DNA of 64,000 nucleotides from an uncultured Caulobacteraceae bacterium (GTDB lineage Bacteria; Pseudomonadota; Alphaproteobacteria; Caulobacterales; Caulobacteraceae): NCBI GenBank assembly GCA_964242625.1, contig CAXTAO010000007.1, positions 7,484 to 71,483 of the forward strand, read 5' to 3'. Shown piece by piece: positions 62,453 to 64,000 of this stretch (position 1 is its first letter; each line of letters starts with the position of its first letter). The notes under the pieces were generated by a model. It saw only the letters and a program-made list of their open reading frames with translations, ran no database searches and was not told where the DNA came from. The position numbers and the translations under genes were made by a program.

Positions 62453-63580
62453 ATGGCGTCCGCGGTCGCTCCTGTCACCACCCTCGTCTCGCGTGACCGC
62501 ACGCCGGGGCGGGGTGAGCCGTCGCCGCGGCTGTGGCGGCCCGCTCGGGTGCTCGTCACCCGCACGGCCCGCGACTTCGCGCACGGGCGCGAGATCGCCC
62601 GGCGCGCGGCGGCGCTGGGCTGCGAGGTCGTCGAGCTCGCGGGCGATCGGCTGCCGCCTGCGCGCGCCGAGACCGAGCGCGAGGGCTACCGCCTCGCCAA
62701 GTCGACGCTCGCGGTCGTGGTCGCCTCGCCCGCCAAGCGACGGTTGCAGCCGATCCCGCCCTCGGCCGACTGGCGCTTCGACCTCGCGGAGGGCTGCCAC
62801 GCCCACTGCCAGTACTGCTATCTCGCCGGATCGCTGGCGGGTGCGCCGATCACGCGCGTGTACGCCAACGTCGACGAGATCCTGGCGGGCCTCGCGCCCC
62901 ACCTCGGCCAGGGCGCGGTCACCTCGACCTCCGCCGAGCGGGCGGGAGAGGGCACGACCTTCGAGGCGTCCTGCTACGCCGACCCGATGGGCGTGGAGCA
63001 CCTGACCGGCTCGCTGTCCCAGGCCGTGCGCTTCTTCGGGGCGTGGGACGCGCCGGTGCAGCTGCGCTTCACCACCAAGTTCGCGGGGGTGGAGCCGCTC
63101 CTCGGCCTCAACCACGGCGGCCGCGTGCGCGTGCGCATGTCGGTGAACGCGCCGGCGCTGATCCGGCTGGAGGGCGGCACGAGCCCGCTCGCCGCGCGGC
63201 TACGCGCGCTGGGGCGCCTCGCCCGCGACGGCTACAAGGTCGGTCTGACGGTGGCCCCCATCCAGCCGGTGGAGGGCTGGCGCGAGGGGTACGACGCGCT
63301 CTTCGCCATGGCCGCCGCCGAGTTGGACGGCGCGCCCGGCCTCGACCTCACCGCCGAGCTGATCACCCACCGCTTCACGCCCAAGTCGAAGGCGGTGCTG
63401 CAGGGCTGGTACCCCGGCAGCCCGCTCGAGATGGACGAGGCTCTGCGGAGCCGCAAGCTGACCAAGTTCGGCTCGGTCAAGCACGTCTACCCCGCCGCCC
63501 AGATGCGCGAATTGCGCACGGAGATCACCGCGGCCCTGGCGCGGCGGCTGCCGGCCGCCAAGCTCCTCTACTGGACCTGA
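62453..63580 (+). CDS. Spore-photoproduct-lyase-family radical SAM protein
   Basis: I prefer the internal ATG at 62453. CHAHCQYC is a CX3CX2C radical-SAM cluster motif. The rest resembles SplB-family proteins (FEASCYADP, RFTTKF, ELITHRFTP). Confidence 0.8.
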   Translation: MASAVAPVTTLVSRDRTPGRGEPSPRLWRPARVLVTRTARDFAHGREIARRAAALGCEVVELAGDRLPPARAETEREGYRLAKSTLAVVVASPAKRRLQPIPPSADWRFDLAEGCHAHCQYCYLAGSLAGAPITRVYANVDEILAGLAPHLGQGAVTSTSAERAGEGTTFEASCYADPMGVEHLTGSLSQAVRFFGAWDAPVQLRFTTKFAGVEPLLGLNHGGRVRVRMSVNAPALIRLEGGTSPLAARLRALGRLARDGYKVGLTVAPIQPVEGWREGYDALFAMAAAELDGAPGLDLTAELITHRFTPKSKAVLQGWYPGSPLEMDEALRSRKLTKFGSVKHVYPAAQMRELRTEITAALARRLPAAKLLYWT

Positions 63581-63627
63581 TGGAGAGCGGCGCCCAGCCT
63601 TAACCACGCCGTAGGGAACAGGGGACG

Positions 63628-64000
63628 ATGCTGGGGCGACCGCGAATCCGTCGCTCCGGGACCTCCATGCGCGCGCCCCTCGTCACCGTCCCGCTTGCCG
63701 CCGCCCTGTCGCTCGTGGCGGCGGCGCAGGCGTGGGCGGGATGCAGCTCGGGCTGCGCCTCATGCTGCCTGCCCACGGCGCACACCGTGCAGGTGCCGGG
63801 AGTGAACATCACGCCGCCGCGCGTCACTATCGCGCCGCCTGGGATCGCACTCGCGGGCGTGGGCTCGACCGACGTCTCGGTCGACGTGCAGGCGAGCGCC
63901 GCGACCGACGCCTCCGCCTACAGCGCCGCCCAAGCCCAAGCCTCCGCCGTGGGCAACAGCGCGACCGTCGCCAACCTCCTGGCCTCCGGCGGCGGCTCGT
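63628..64000 (+). CDS. Secreted Cys-rich/Ala-rich protein, partial (continues beyond the window end)
   Basis: Frame is open to position 64000. Signal peptide MRAPLVTVPLAAALSLVAAAQA followed by GCSSGCASCC. Start is the ATG at 63628 or 63667. Confidence 0.45.
   Translation, partial: MLGRPRIRRSGTSMRAPLVTVPLAAALSLVAAAQAWAGCSSGCASCCLPTAHTVQVPGVNITPPRVTIAPPGIALAGVGSTDVSVDVQASAATDASAYSAAQAQASAVGNSATVANLLASGGGS

Overview
High-G+C bacterial chromosomal segment. An HWE-type histidine kinase, many Crp/Fnr paralogues and SusD-less TonB-receptor/glycoside-hydrolase clusters suggest an alphaproteobacterium of the Caulobacterales/Sphingomonadales type; this is inference only. I call about 50 protein-coding genes, 2 truncated regulator remnants, one tandem gene duplication and one 3'-fragment of tRNA-Phe. 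I saw no rRNA, CRISPR array, transposase or integrase.

Layout:
- 1-8.5 kb: a visibly lower-G+C stretch with a partial GH5, small regulators, a prolyl oligopeptidase and two tandemly duplicated Crp/Fnr genes. It ends at the orphan tRNA-Phe 3' fragment, which may be an island att remnant.
- 9-15 kb: CheB-CheR-PAS-HWE kinase fusion, receiver, Crp and a stand-alone CheB-like esterase.
- 15.4-17.8 kb: spermidine-synthase-like methyltransferase, LysR remnant, amidohydrolase and a small putative lipoprotein.
- 17.8-21.7 kb: three-subunit membrane flavoprotein/cytochrome c sugar dehydrogenase.
- 21.8-24.9 kb: aldo/keto reductase and a divergent pirin-LysR pair.
- 24.9-48.7 kb: plant-polysaccharide utilisation genes (GH127, GH67, SGNH esterase, DUF5703-like, GH43, GH53, TonB receptor, GH2, GntR), interrupted by a transporter operon and an OmpR/EnvZ-type pair.
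- 48.8-57.4 kb: a co-directional six-gene block.
- 57.8-64 kb: membrane protein, ribD-ribA, cytochrome b561, a GT2 glycosyltransferase, an SP-lyase-like radical SAM gene and a partial secreted protein.

The best candidate for an undescribed system is the six-gene block at 48.8-57.4 kb. It encodes a long tyrosinase, a DUF2182-like membrane protein and a PAS-LuxR regulator. These are followed by an LGFP-repeat protein, a paralogous unknown protein with beta-hairpin-like Ser/Thr-rich segments, and a DUF2235/Tle1-like hydrolase. No T6SS genes are present in the window.

All calls come from reading the translated frames. No database search was run.
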